64,000 nucleotides of DNA from an archaeon (GTDB lineage Archaea > B1Sed10-29 > WALL01), in the NCBI GenBank assembly GCA_042584585.1, contig JBHOSQ010000001.1, forward strand, positions 3,508 through 67,507. Direction: 5' to 3'. Below the pieces are notes generated by a model, which saw nothing but the letters and a program-made list of their open reading frames with translations, made no database searches and was not told where the DNA came from. Every line of letters starts with the position of its first letter. Within the stretch, counting starts at the first letter, position 1. Made by a program: the position numbers and the translations under genes. Positions 44,241 through 52,791 of this stretch are shown piece after piece.

Positions 44241-44250
44241 TTTTATATAA
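44241..44250. promoter_or_regulatory. Single palindromic TATA box shared by divergent glyS and nop5
   Basis: TTTTATATAA is centred 30 nt from glyS ATG 44216 and 31 nt from nop5 ATG 44277. Confidence 0.55.
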
Positions 44251-44276
44251 CTAAGCGAAGAACATAGGTGATTTCT

Positions 44277-45068
44277 ATGGACATCCGTCAACTACGCAGA
44301 AAAGCCCTGGTCAAGGCCAAGCAAAAGGTCAGGGAAAAAAAGGCGGGGAGAGACTACGCAGTCATACAGGCAGTCGAAGCCATTGACGAACTGGACGACA
44401 TTGCCAACATCATGACCGAGCGAGTCAGGAACTGGTACGCGTTCCACTACCCCGAGCTCTCGAAGCTCGTGCGGAGCGTCGACACTTACCTCGAAATAAT
44501 CACTGTGCTGAAGGGGCGGAAGGACATGCGCGTCGCGGCACTCACCAAGTACTTGCCTGAGGCACAAGCCAAAAAAGTTGAGCTGATTGCAGAGCAGACA
44601 ATGGGTGCCGACCTCAGCGACACCGACCTCGAGAGCATAGCCAAGTTTGCGTCGCTCGCGGCACACGCGCACAAAGAACGCGAAGAATTGGCGCAATACG
44701 TCGACGACACCACCGAAGACATCTGCCCCAACATGAAGTCACTCGTCGGGGGATTATTGTCAGCAAGGCTGATTGCCAAGGCCGGCTCGTTGGAGCGGCT
44801 CGCGGAAATGCCGGCGTCGACCGTGCAAGTCCTCGGCGCGGAAAAAGCGTTGTTCGCACACATCAAGAAAGGCGTGAAGCCCCCGAAGCACGGCCTGATT
44901 TTCGCTTACCCGGCTATTCACCAGGCGCCCAAGAACAGGAAAGGCAAGATTTCCCGCGTGGTCGCGGGCAAACTGGCCATCGCGGCGCGAATGGACTTTT
45001 TCAAGCACGGCCTGGACAAGACCCTTGCCGTAGAGCTCGAGAAAAAGATTGCGGGCGCGCTTAAATGA
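44277..45068 (+). CDS. nop5: Nop56/58 (Nop5) C/D-box RNP core protein lacking the N-terminal fibrillarin-binding domain
   Basis: AVIQAVEAIDELDDIANIMTERVRNWYAFHYPEL and AEKALFAHIKKGVKPPKHGLIFAYPAIHQAPKNRKGKISRVVAGKLAIAARMD. Only 263 aa. The alignment starts at about residue 125 of P. furiosus Nop5. Confidence 0.9.
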   Translation: MDIRQLRRKALVKAKQKVREKKAGRDYAVIQAVEAIDELDDIANIMTERVRNWYAFHYPELSKLVRSVDTYLEIITVLKGRKDMRVAALTKYLPEAQAKKVELIAEQTMGADLSDTDLESIAKFASLAAHAHKEREELAQYVDDTTEDICPNMKSLVGGLLSARLIAKAGSLERLAEMPASTVQVLGAEKALFAHIKKGVKPPKHGLIFAYPAIHQAPKNRKGKISRVVAGKLAIAARMDFFKHGLDKTLAVELEKKIAGALK

Positions 45069-45709
45069 ACGAAGCGTTCCACAACGTGTTCCGCGACGGA
45101 AAGCAATTGTATACACTGTCGTTTGACCCCGGGCAGCGAGTCTACGGCGAACGATTACTGAAGCACAACTCTGGCGAGCTGCGGCAGTGGGACCCGAACC
45201 GGTCCAAGCTGGCGGCCGCGATTCTGAAGGGATTGAAAAAGTTTCCGTTCGAGGCGGGCACCGGTGTGTTGTACCTCGGCGCTGCGCAGGGAACCACTCC
45301 GTCGCACGTGAGCGACGTGGTAAACAAGGGAGTTGTTGTTTGCGTCGAAATCTCGCAGAAGGCGTTCGAGAAATTACTTCCTTTGTGCGAACGGCGGGAG
45401 AACATGGTTCCCGTGCTGGCGGACGCGAACCAGCCGGGAGAGTACGCGGATTATTTGGACGGCGTGTCCGTTGTTTACCAGGACGTCGCGCAGCCGAACC
45501 AGGCAGCCATTTTTGTGAAGAACATGGCAAAAATCAAGGGGTACGGGATTCTGTGCATCAAGGCGCGGAGCGTGAACGTCGCGGAGCTTCCGAAGAACGT
45601 GTTCAAACGCGAAATCAAAGTATTGGAAGACGCGGGGCTGGACGTGCTGGAAGTTATTCCGTTGGAGCCGTTCGAAAAAGACCATGTGCTAGTGGTCTGC
45701 AAGAATTGA
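45065..45709 (+). CDS. flpA: Fibrillarin (rRNA/tRNA 2'-O-methyltransferase)
   Basis: WDPNRSKLAAAIL, VLYLGAAQGTTPSHVSD and QDVAQPNQ. ATGA overlap with the nop5 stop. Confidence 0.92.
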   Translation: MNEAFHNVFRDGKQLYTLSFDPGQRVYGERLLKHNSGELRQWDPNRSKLAAAILKGLKKFPFEAGTGVLYLGAAQGTTPSHVSDVVNKGVVVCVEISQKAFEKLLPLCERRENMVPVLADANQPGEYADYLDGVSVVYQDVAQPNQAAIFVKNMAKIKGYGILCIKARSVNVAELPKNVFKREIKVLEDAGLDVLEVIPLEPFEKDHVLVVCKN

Positions 45710-45729
45710 TTCTAGAAAAATAAGTAGAA

Positions 45730-45749
45730 CGGCAGCCGAATGGCTGCCG
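45730..45749. terminator. Hairpin between convergent genes
   Basis: CGGCAGCC-GAAT-GGCTGCCG, followed by GGTTTGTTT. Confidence 0.45.
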
Positions 45750-45759
45750 GGGTTTGTTT

Positions 45760-46896
45760 CTAACAAGAGCCACTTGCACTGCCGGTAGCCGTGCCAATGG
45801 ATTCGGCGCATGCCTCTGGCGTGTTGGTGAAGCCAGTGCATATGGAGGTCTTGTAGTCCTCCGGTGCGCGTCCGCCGTTGTGCTTCACGCCGTTGACGAA
45901 AACAGCAGGTGAGCCACTTACGTCTTTCTCGACGTTAAGCGCCCTCTCCGCAGCCATCAATGCAACGCCGTCCTCTTCCTGGCAGGTGCTTACTGCGTCG
46001 GAGTCAACGTTGGCATCTTCGGCAGCATCGAGCCAGCAAGTGTTGATGTCCGAGAGCTGGCAGTTGTCGTACACATACTTGAGGTACTCCCACAGCGTCG
46101 AGCTGTCGTAGTCCCTGGCGATGCAGGCCTGCCTGATGTTCTCGTTCAACTCGTCGATGCCGTGCATCGCGCACAAATTGCCGTCGTCGATACAGTAGTC
46201 CTCGCCGCCACCGCGGTAGTTCTCGTAAATCACGAAATGCGGTGTCCAGTCAACAGAGTCGCCGAGCAGCTGGTAGACCGGCTCAAGCCCTTTCTCGGCC
46301 TGCTGGCCGTACGGGCAAAAGCTCATCACGAAAAACTCGACTTCCGGAACCGCCATGTCAGGCGCGTCAAAGCTCGCCGTCTGCGGGGTTTCGGGGGCCT
46401 GAGGCGCTTGCGCCTCAGGTGATTCCTCGACCTCGGCAACGCCGTAGAAAAACAGCTTGCCGTCCTTTGTCAAGTAGCCAACGACTTCGTCGTCGCCCGC
46501 GTCAGAAGACAGGATGATGTCAAGCTTGTACACGCCAGACTCTTCCTCGACGCTCGTGACTTTGGCAGTCACTCCCGGCGGAACCAGGTTCTGTGCGATG
46601 AACTCTTCCGAAATCTCGATGACTTCGGAGTCGGTCATACTTCCCGTTGCTCCGTCCAAGTAAACTATCTTTGGGACCTCAATGATGGAGGTTCCCGAGC
46701 CGGAAGCAAGCTTCGCCGCAGTCGCCGCCATGCCAATGATGACTATGGCCGCAACGATGACGATTGCCCAGTTCCACATGCTTGGCGTGACCTTGGTCTT
46801 TGCAAAGCTCACAGCTGAGCTTGGCTTCGCCTTGTGTGTGGGGGCGTGTTTAACCGGCTTTTTTGTTGTTTTCTTTTTTGTTGTTTTCTTTGCCAT
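45760..46896 (-). CDS. Membrane-anchored extracytoplasmic thioredoxin-fold (DsbA-like) protein
   Basis: K-rich N-terminus, then TM WNWAIVIVAAIVIIGMAATAA, then FFVMSFCPYGQQAEKGLEPV (CPYG at the CxxC position) and a Cys-rich C-terminus. Confidence 0.5.
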   Translation of the reverse strand: MAKKTTKKKTTKKPVKHAPTHKAKPSSAVSFAKTKVTPSMWNWAIVIVAAIVIIGMAATAAKLASGSGTSIIEVPKIVYLDGATGSMTDSEVIEISEEFIAQNLVPPGVTAKVTSVEEESGVYKLDIILSSDAGDDEVVGYLTKDGKLFFYGVAEVEESPEAQAPQAPETPQTASFDAPDMAVPEVEFFVMSFCPYGQQAEKGLEPVYQLLGDSVDWTPHFVIYENYRGGGEDYCIDDGNLCAMHGIDELNENIRQACIARDYDSSTLWEYLKYVYDNCQLSDINTCWLDAAEDANVDSDAVSTCQEEDGVALMAAERALNVEKDVSGSPAVFVNGVKHNGGRAPEDYKTSICTGFTNTPEACAESIGTATGSASGSC

Positions 46897-46927
46897 TCTA
46901 TATCCCTCGCGAAGGGGTTTTTACGGA

Positions 46928-47041
46928 TGGGCGTGCCGAGATTTGAACTCGGGACCTCCGGTTGTCTCCGGCTCGCGGCCGAATGTCTGGAACGCTGCCA
47001 TATAAGACCGGCGCTCTGAAACCAGGCTAAGCTACACGCCC
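46928..47041 (-). tRNA. tRNA-Ile (anticodon TAT) with a 37-nt intron at the canonical 37/38 position
   Basis: Manual fold: acceptor GGGCGTG/CACGCCC, A73, D stem GCTT/GAGC, anticodon stem CCGGT/ACCGG, spliced loop CTTATAA, T arm CCGAG-TTCAAAT-CTCGG. Intron at 46964..47000 has 3-nt bulges flanking a central helix (CUU/GAG) plus an inner GGC/GCC helix. CTTTTTAAAAAC box lies 30 nt upstream. Confidence 0.8.
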
Positions 47042-47080
47042 CTCCCGCTGGGAGAATTGAGTTGTTTGTTTTTAAAAAGG

Positions 47081-47875
47081 TTAGCCTTTAGTGATGAGGT
47101 ATTCCTTGCAGTGTTCCCTCAGGGCGTTGCGCAGCTTGAGCTGGTAGTCCTTGCCCGACTCGACCACATCCTCCGGATTTTCCGGAAAGAATGTCTTCTC
47201 GACCTTTACGTCTATCGCCGGAAAGTACCTGTTAAGCGAGGAACTCAGTATATCATCGATGAACGAGTCGAGGTCCACGTGCGACCCCCTCCCCCTATTC
47301 TCGTGCTTTCTTACTATCTTTCCCACTTCAGTGACGACGCGTGACCTCTGGGCATTTTCGGGGTTTTCGGTGCTGTCAATAATGACGTTAATCAAATCAA
47401 TCGGGTTTTTCTTGAGCTCGCTGATTGGCACGGAACCCGAGGGCGGGGGCGGCAGAGGCCTAGTGCTTTCGTCCTTTTCGTAAACGGGCTGATCGTCTTC
47501 CGCCTCCCCCTCGTAGGTAGGAGCAGTGGGGTTTTCCAGCTCTTCGGATGTTAGCTCGATTTCGCCCATCTCGGACTTTTCTAGGAGGAGGCCATCCATG
47601 AAGGGCTTTGTCACCGCGAGATATGACTGCTTGGCGTTCATGCCTTTTTCCGACGCAGTCACAAGGGCCTCGGCCATGTCCTTGCGAAGATCTCTGACCA
47701 CGGCAAGCGAATAGTCCCGCACCTTGCCGTTTGGGTCGACCTTGTTCCGGCCGAGATGGTGGTCCCTCACAGTTTTGGGGATAAGGCTGAGACTCAAAAA
47801 CTTCTTCATGCTCATCTCGTGATGCAGTCCTTCCACCATTGTGCATAATTTTGGCAAGCCCCGAATATAAACCAT
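47081..47875 (-). CDS. Hypothetical protein
   Basis: 264-aa ORF with an acidic centre and PPPPSG. The start is ambiguous because a TATA box sits only 5 nt from ATG 47875; ATG 47839 or 47815 is possible. Confidence 0.55.
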   Translation of the reverse strand: MVYIRGLPKLCTMVEGLHHEMSMKKFLSLSLIPKTVRDHHLGRNKVDPNGKVRDYSLAVVRDLRKDMAEALVTASEKGMNAKQSYLAVTKPFMDGLLLEKSEMGEIELTSEELENPTAPTYEGEAEDDQPVYEKDESTRPLPPPPSGSVPISELKKNPIDLINVIIDSTENPENAQRSRVVTEVGKIVRKHENRGRGSHVDLDSFIDDILSSSLNRYFPAIDVKVEKTFFPENPEDVVESGKDYQLKLRNALREHCKEYLITKG

Positions 47876-47912
47876 TAGGTATAAAAACCGCGGCGCGGCT
47901 AATCCGAGTCAC

Positions 47913-48536
47913 ATGATTATAGACCTAGAGACACGGCGGCAGGCAGTACACCTGTTTTCCGGATTGTTCTTTGCTTCCGTTGTCCACTTGACGACAATGG
48001 AGGAAGGTTTCGCTTTCCTTGGAATCGCGGCGCTCCTGACGTTCGCGTTCTCAAAAATGATTAAGGGCGGAAAAAAGGTTCCGTTCTTGTCGTGGCTGGT
48101 CGACAAGACCGAGCGCAAGGGCAAGCCGCCCGCGTCCGGGGTCACTTGGTACTTCCTTGGAGTGCTGTTTATTTTCGTGGCGTCAATGTACTTGGGCATC
48201 GCAAAAGAGTTTGTGGTCGCCGCCATGCTAATCGTCGCGATTGGCGACTCGATTTGCACTGGGCTCGGAAGAAAAATCGGGCGCAAGAAACTGCCGCGCA
48301 CTAAAACAAAAAGCTACGAGGGGAGCCTCGTCGGTTTCGGCGCAGCGTTTTTCGGAGCGGCTTTTGTTTTGAAATTGTTGTTGCCGACGACTGAGGCAAT
48401 GATAATCGCTGGCGCGGGCGCAATCGTGGGAATGATTGCGGAAGCGTACCTGACAATGATTGACGACAACCTGTCAATCCCAATCCTGGCGTGGCTAGCA
48501 ATGGTAATTGCCGCCAGTGTGATTGGCGCGCTATAA
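47913..48536 (+). CDS. Polyprenol (dolichol) kinase / CTP-transferase-1 family membrane protein
   Basis: 6 TMs. IGDSICTGLGRKIGRKKLPRTKTKSYEGSLVGF matches the COG0170 / cytidylyltransferase-family motif. Confidence 0.65.
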   Translation: MIIDLETRRQAVHLFSGLFFASVVHLTTMEEGFAFLGIAALLTFAFSKMIKGGKKVPFLSWLVDKTERKGKPPASGVTWYFLGVLFIFVASMYLGIAKEFVVAAMLIVAIGDSICTGLGRKIGRKKLPRTKTKSYEGSLVGFGAAFFGAAFVLKLLLPTTEAMIIAGAGAIVGMIAEAYLTMIDDNLSIPILAWLAMVIAASVIGAL

Positions 48537-48578
48537 CACGCCTGCTTTTTTAATTGCAAACTTCATAGAGTATCAGTA

Positions 48579-49838
48579 ATGGGCATGCATGAGTTCAGGC
48601 AGCGTTACGGCAGGGGCATAAGTGCATCACCCATCGAATTGCATTCCCGCATCGAGGGATACATTGGGAACTTGTCAAGAAAAGGCACGCAGCGAGCCAC
48701 GCGGGACATAGAGCTCATTCGTGACATCCAAGACTATGACAGGCGAGGAACGCCTTTGGATTATATCACGCTTCAGGCCCACCTCGTTGAGGAAGCTGGG
48801 ACACGTGACGGCGATGCGTTAAAGCCCTACGCCAACACTTTTTCCAGCCTCTGCAGGAAACAAGATTTTTTCACTGGTCAGGAGAAACAGACCCCGATTG
48901 TCAAGGGCAAGGCGTACATACACTTTAGCGGGGTTTGTAGCAGGAATCTCTTGAAGCGCATTCCGGATTTGCTGAAAAAGAAAAAAACGCCAATCACGAT
49001 TCCTGAGATGATGGAGTCGCTCTCACTGGAGAACAAGAGCTACGACAAGAGCTCACTAATCACAGCACTCAATGTTTTGGACGTGCTGGGCGTGGTGAAC
49101 AAGCTACCGTTGCACTCGACCGCGGGAAAGGCAAAGCACTTCAGTTACGTGCACGCGGATTACGCGATGCCGTTGCCCACCGAAAACTGTCCGTTTTCAA
49201 TAATGCAGGCGTTGTACGACGGGCCAAAAGGAAAAACTGACATCACGCGCCACGCCTCGATGCAGAAGTTTGAGTTCCTCCAGCAGTACACCCCCACTAC
49301 ACCTTACAAGGGAGCGGATACGCAGGTCGCGGAAATAAACCACGCTATCAGCGGGCTGGCCGACGAGGGACTTATCACGTTCAAGAAAGCGCCCCCGTCA
49401 AAGAAAGGAATCAAGTTCCTTTACACACTCACGCGCACAGGCAAGCGGCTCATGAAAAAAGCCTTGGAGACCGAAGAACTAAGCGAAGAGTTCCGCCAAA
49501 AGCTGCTTGGGACCAAGCAATACGAAAAGCTAACCAAAATGGAAAAGGGCCGTGTTGCAGAGATCACCAGATGGGCCAACATAATGATGACTGCCGAGCA
49601 AATAGCCGAGCCCAGTGAAGGCGGAACCAGGCGGAAGAGAGGGACGGGCGCACTCGCGGTCGCCAAAAAGCTGAAGATGAGCAGGAGGTACGTCCAAAAC
49701 GTGATGGAGATTGGCTCGCGCCCAGCCACCCTAACCCGCTCAGGGCCAGAGCGGCTGGAACGGATACTATTTCACATCCCCTCCCCAGAGATTAAGCTGT
49801 GGCTCACTGACTACTTGAAGAAAAACAAGATGCTATAG
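48579..49838 (+). CDS. Hypothetical protein with two or three winged-helix-like modules
   Basis: IPEMMESLSLENKSYDKSSLITALNVLDVLGVVNKL and IMQALYDGPKGKTDITRH...ISGLADEGLITFKKAPPSKKGIKFLYTLTRTGKRL look like MarR/PadR-type wHTH patterns. No exact family recognised. Confidence 0.6.
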   Translation: MGMHEFRQRYGRGISASPIELHSRIEGYIGNLSRKGTQRATRDIELIRDIQDYDRRGTPLDYITLQAHLVEEAGTRDGDALKPYANTFSSLCRKQDFFTGQEKQTPIVKGKAYIHFSGVCSRNLLKRIPDLLKKKKTPITIPEMMESLSLENKSYDKSSLITALNVLDVLGVVNKLPLHSTAGKAKHFSYVHADYAMPLPTENCPFSIMQALYDGPKGKTDITRHASMQKFEFLQQYTPTTPYKGADTQVAEINHAISGLADEGLITFKKAPPSKKGIKFLYTLTRTGKRLMKKALETEELSEEFRQKLLGTKQYEKLTKMEKGRVAEITRWANIMMTAEQIAEPSEGGTRRKRGTGALAVAKKLKMSRRYVQNVMEIGSRPATLTRSGPERLERILFHIPSPEIKLWLTDYLKKNKML

Positions 49839-49850
49839 CATGCTCTTTAT

Positions 49851-49908
49851 CAGCCCTTTTTCTGTTACTCGCTAGCGCTCGCTCGATGAAAAAGCGCTGG
49901 CGGAAAAG
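49851..49908. repeat. Stem-closed 3'-UTR repeat element, copy A
   Basis: CAGCCCTTTTTC-TGTTAC-(19 nt)-GAAAAAGCGCTG-GCGGAAAA, 12 nt after the stop at 49838. The second copy is at 55661..55723. Confidence 0.75.
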
Positions 49909-49909
49909 C

Positions 49910-50371
49910 TCAAAGCATGCTTTTTATCAAGTCACTTCGCGTGACGAGGCCCACCAATTTGTCGTCCTCGATTACTGGGACGTGTGTGAGGTTTGCTTCG
50001 GTCATCAAGTCCGCGACTTCCGACACGTGGGTCGACGGAGCGACTGTCACGACTTCTGGGCTCATGACTGTTTCTGCCGTTGCCTTGCGGAGCTTCTCGA
50101 ACTCCTTGCGGACCTCGTAGACCTCTTGCTTGGCGTCAAGGACTGCCTCGATGAAGTCGAAGGGCGCGGGGAGCCAAAGCTTGCCGCCGAACTCGTGGAG
50201 TTCCATGAAGTCCAGCAGGTCATATTCCGTGATGATGCCGACCAACTGGTGCTTTTTGACGACGGGCACGCCGCGAATGCGATGCTTCCTGAACAATTCC
50301 ACGACCTCGTGGACCGTAGTGTCCGCATCAACCGTTTTTGGGTTTTTGGTCATAATCTCCTTGACAAGCAT
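49910..50371 (-). CDS. CBS-domain pair protein
   Basis: Two CBS repeats: IMTKNPKTVDADTTVHEVVELFRKHRIRGVPVV and VMSPEVVTVAPSTHVSEVADLMTEANLTHVPVI. Confidence 0.9.
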   Translation of the reverse strand: MLVKEIMTKNPKTVDADTTVHEVVELFRKHRIRGVPVVKKHQLVGIITEYDLLDFMELHEFGGKLWLPAPFDFIEAVLDAKQEVYEVRKEFEKLRKATAETVMSPEVVTVAPSTHVSEVADLMTEANLTHVPVIEDDKLVGLVTRSDLIKSML

Positions 50372-50437
50372 GAAAAACCGTTACTATCCAAAAGTATTTA
50401 AACCATAACCATTACAATACTCGCCTTGGTGGTTACC

Positions 50438-50725
50438 ATGAAAGTAAACGAACTACAAGTAAGGCAGGCATGCGACAGCATCGAACTGGAAATCGTCGAC
50501 TTGGACGAGCCCAGGGAATGGAGCAACGCCCGCGGAAACGGCAATGTGTGCAGCGCCACAGCAAAGGACGACACCGGCGAAGTCAAGATCACCCTTTGGA
50601 ACGACGACATCGGAAAAGTCAAGAAAGGCGACAAGATTATCATTGAAAACGGATGGGTAGGCGAATACCAGGGCGACAAGCAACTGTCAACCGGGCGATT
50701 CGGCAAGCTCACCGTCAAAGAATAA
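50438..50725 (+). CDS. Single OB-fold ssDNA-binding protein
   Basis: VCSATAKDDTGEVKITLWNDDIGKVKKGDKIIIENGWVGEYQGDKQLSTGRFGKLTV is a typical short archaeal OB-fold. The track start is TTG 50426. Confidence 0.75.
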   Translation: MKVNELQVRQACDSIELEIVDLDEPREWSNARGNGNVCSATAKDDTGEVKITLWNDDIGKVKKGDKIIIENGWVGEYQGDKQLSTGRFGKLTVKE

Positions 50726-50727
50726 TC

Positions 50728-50786
50728 GCCTCTGCCTCTGGAGGCCTTGTGCCTCCAAGTCTAACGTGCCAGCTGAGTTTCAGCTG
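50728..50786. repeat. Two-hairpin intergenic repeat element, copy B
   Basis: GCCTCTGCCTCTGG, then hairpin GGAGGC-CTTGT-GCCTCC (50740..50756), then AAGTCTAACGTGC, then hairpin CAGCTGA-GTT-TCAGCTG (50770..50786). Lies between convergent genes. Confidence 0.8.
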
Positions 50787-50789
50787 TAA

Positions 50790-51443
50790 TCAGCCAAGAA
50801 TCGTGTCCAGAAGCTCGTACGCCTTTAGGGCGTCCTTCTTCTCCAGGACAAACACTGTGTCAGTATAGCACGAATAATATTCCCTAATGTTAATGCCGTC
50901 ACGGGCCAACAATTCGGTCAGGAAGGCAACCCACCCCGGCGTCGACTCAATCCCCTCCGGCGAAGTCAACATCAAAATGTACTGGTTTTTTGCCGACTCA
51001 ATCACGTTCTTCGCGCCGATTGCCGTCTTTACCTCACCCAAATTCTTTTGGTTAATTATCAAAGTGATGGCGCTAGCAGAGCTAATCATCGAAAACTCCG
51101 TGCCCAAAATCTTTGAGACCTTCTGCGCCGCAAGCAGCGAGTCAAGCGAAGGCCGCAGAATCAAAACCGCCACATCGCTCTTCAAAACCAACTGCGTCCC
51201 CGAAAACAACTTCTTCAATCCCTTTGAGTAGTCGTGGTACTCCAGCTGCTCCGCGTACCGGCGCACCGCCGCCTTTACAGCCGCTTCGCCGGCCTTGACG
51301 CCCAATTTCTTGGCAATCGCCGAATGGTTCGCGATGCCGTACTTGATTGCCTGCTTCATGTACGGGTTCGCGTCCAACGCAGCGAAAACCTGCTTAGTCA
51401 CACTTTGTTTCATTCTATACACCTTTTGTCTATTCTGCGTCAT
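50790..51443 (-). CDS. HTH plus ACT-domain-like regulatory protein
   Basis: N-terminal helix-turn-helix-like IANHSAIAKKLGVKAGEAAVKAAVRRY. The C-terminal ILMLTSPEGIESTPGWVAFLTELLARDGINIREYYSCYTDTVFVLEKKD is ACT-like. Confidence 0.5.
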   Translation of the reverse strand: MTQNRQKVYRMKQSVTKQVFAALDANPYMKQAIKYGIANHSAIAKKLGVKAGEAAVKAAVRRYAEQLEYHDYSKGLKKLFSGTQLVLKSDVAVLILRPSLDSLLAAQKVSKILGTEFSMISSASAITLIINQKNLGEVKTAIGAKNVIESAKNQYILMLTSPEGIESTPGWVAFLTELLARDGINIREYYSCYTDTVFVLEKKDALKAYELLDTILG

Positions 51444-51561
51444 TTATGCCGAAAATGATATATAAAGATTTCGGGACAATATGGGCATGGGCTCTGGAAG
51501 TCCGATTGCAGAGAGGCGCTGAAGCGCCCCTGGTTCTATGTAGCGTGTGGGGTTGAACAAA

Positions 51562-52791
51562 ATGGATTTAGTTGAAAAAATAAAGTCAAAAGTTGTTGCG
51601 GGCCAGTACGATGGCGTGGAAAAAGTGGTCCTCGCGTACAGTGGTGGGGTCGACACGAGCGTCATGATCCCGCTAATCCAGGACGTGTGCGGCGCGGAAG
51701 TCGTCGCGGTCACGATTGGATTGGGGCAGGAAGAGTACAGCGGCAGCGGCTGGAAAAAAGCGAAGGAAAAGGCAGAAGTCCTTGACGCGAAGTACTACTT
51801 TTTTGACGCGACCCAGGAGTTTGTGGAGGGCCCGTGCTGGCAGGCCGTGAAGGCGAACTGTTTGTACCAGGGGACGTACCCGAATTCCACTGCGCTGGGA
51901 CGGCCGATTATTGTCGAGAAGCTAGTGGAGGTCGCGCAGCAGGAGGGCGCGGACGCAATTGCACACGGCTGCACCGGAAAAGGAAACGACCAGGTGCGCT
52001 TCGACGTTTGCATTCACTCGCTGATGCCGGAAGCGAAAATAATCGCGCCGGTGCGTGACTGGAACTTGGGCCGCGACGAGGAAATCGTGTGGGCCACGAG
52101 CCAGGGAATTCATTTGCCGGTGAAGGCGCACAGCCCTTACTCGGTGGACAGCAACATTTGGGGCAAGTCAAGCGAGTGCGGGCCGCTGGAGAACCCGGCG
52201 AATGAGCCGCCAGAAGACGTGTTCGACTGGGTGGCGCTGCCCGAAAACACGCCGGACGTTCCCGAGACGGTTACTGTCAAGTTCGAGGGCGGGCAGCCGG
52301 TCGGCGGCGTGGAGACGCTCAAGAAATTGAACGAGTTGGGCGCGAAGCACGGCATCGGAATAATTGACGCCATGGAGGACCGGACAATCGGGCTGAAGAG
52401 CCGTGAGATTTACGAGTGCCCGGGCTCGACGATGCTGCTCAACGCGCACAAGGACCTGGAGAAGTACGTGTTCACGAAGGAAGAGAACCACTTCAAGCCG
52501 TTCGTCGACAAGCAGTGGGCCGAGATGGTCTACTACGGGCTGTGGTTCAACCCATTGATGGACTCGATGAACGCGTTTATCGACGAGTCGCAGAAAAAGG
52601 TGACGGGCGAAGTGACGCTGAAGCTGTTCAAAGGCCAGGCAAAAGTAGTCGGAAGAAAGAGCGGCAACGCGATTTACGACCACGACCTGATCAAGTACTC
52701 GGCGGACAGCTCGTTCGACCAATTGCACTCACACGGGTTTATCAAGCTGTGGGGGTTGAACACCGTAACGGCCAAGAAGGTGATGGTGTGA
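51562..52791 (+). CDS. argG: Argininosuccinate synthase
   Basis: VVLAYSGGVDTSV, AHGCTGKGNDQVRF and GRDEEI. The track start is GTG 51547. Confidence 0.95.
   Translation: MDLVEKIKSKVVAGQYDGVEKVVLAYSGGVDTSVMIPLIQDVCGAEVVAVTIGLGQEEYSGSGWKKAKEKAEVLDAKYYFFDATQEFVEGPCWQAVKANCLYQGTYPNSTALGRPIIVEKLVEVAQQEGADAIAHGCTGKGNDQVRFDVCIHSLMPEAKIIAPVRDWNLGRDEEIVWATSQGIHLPVKAHSPYSVDSNIWGKSSECGPLENPANEPPEDVFDWVALPENTPDVPETVTVKFEGGQPVGGVETLKKLNELGAKHGIGIIDAMEDRTIGLKSREIYECPGSTMLLNAHKDLEKYVFTKEENHFKPFVDKQWAEMVYYGLWFNPLMDSMNAFIDESQKKVTGEVTLKLFKGQAKVVGRKSGNAIYDHDLIKYSADSSFDQLHSHGFIKLWGLNTVTAKKVMV

Noticed and set aside
8726-50790. The two near-identical CCAAGTCTAACGTGCCAGCTxAGTTTxAGCTG copies as att sites bounding a 42-kb integrated element.
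   Set aside because: The interval is filled with core housekeeping genes (pyr operon, four aaRS genes, nop5/flpA, NAD genes) and no integrase. The copies behave as dispersed 3'-end elements instead.
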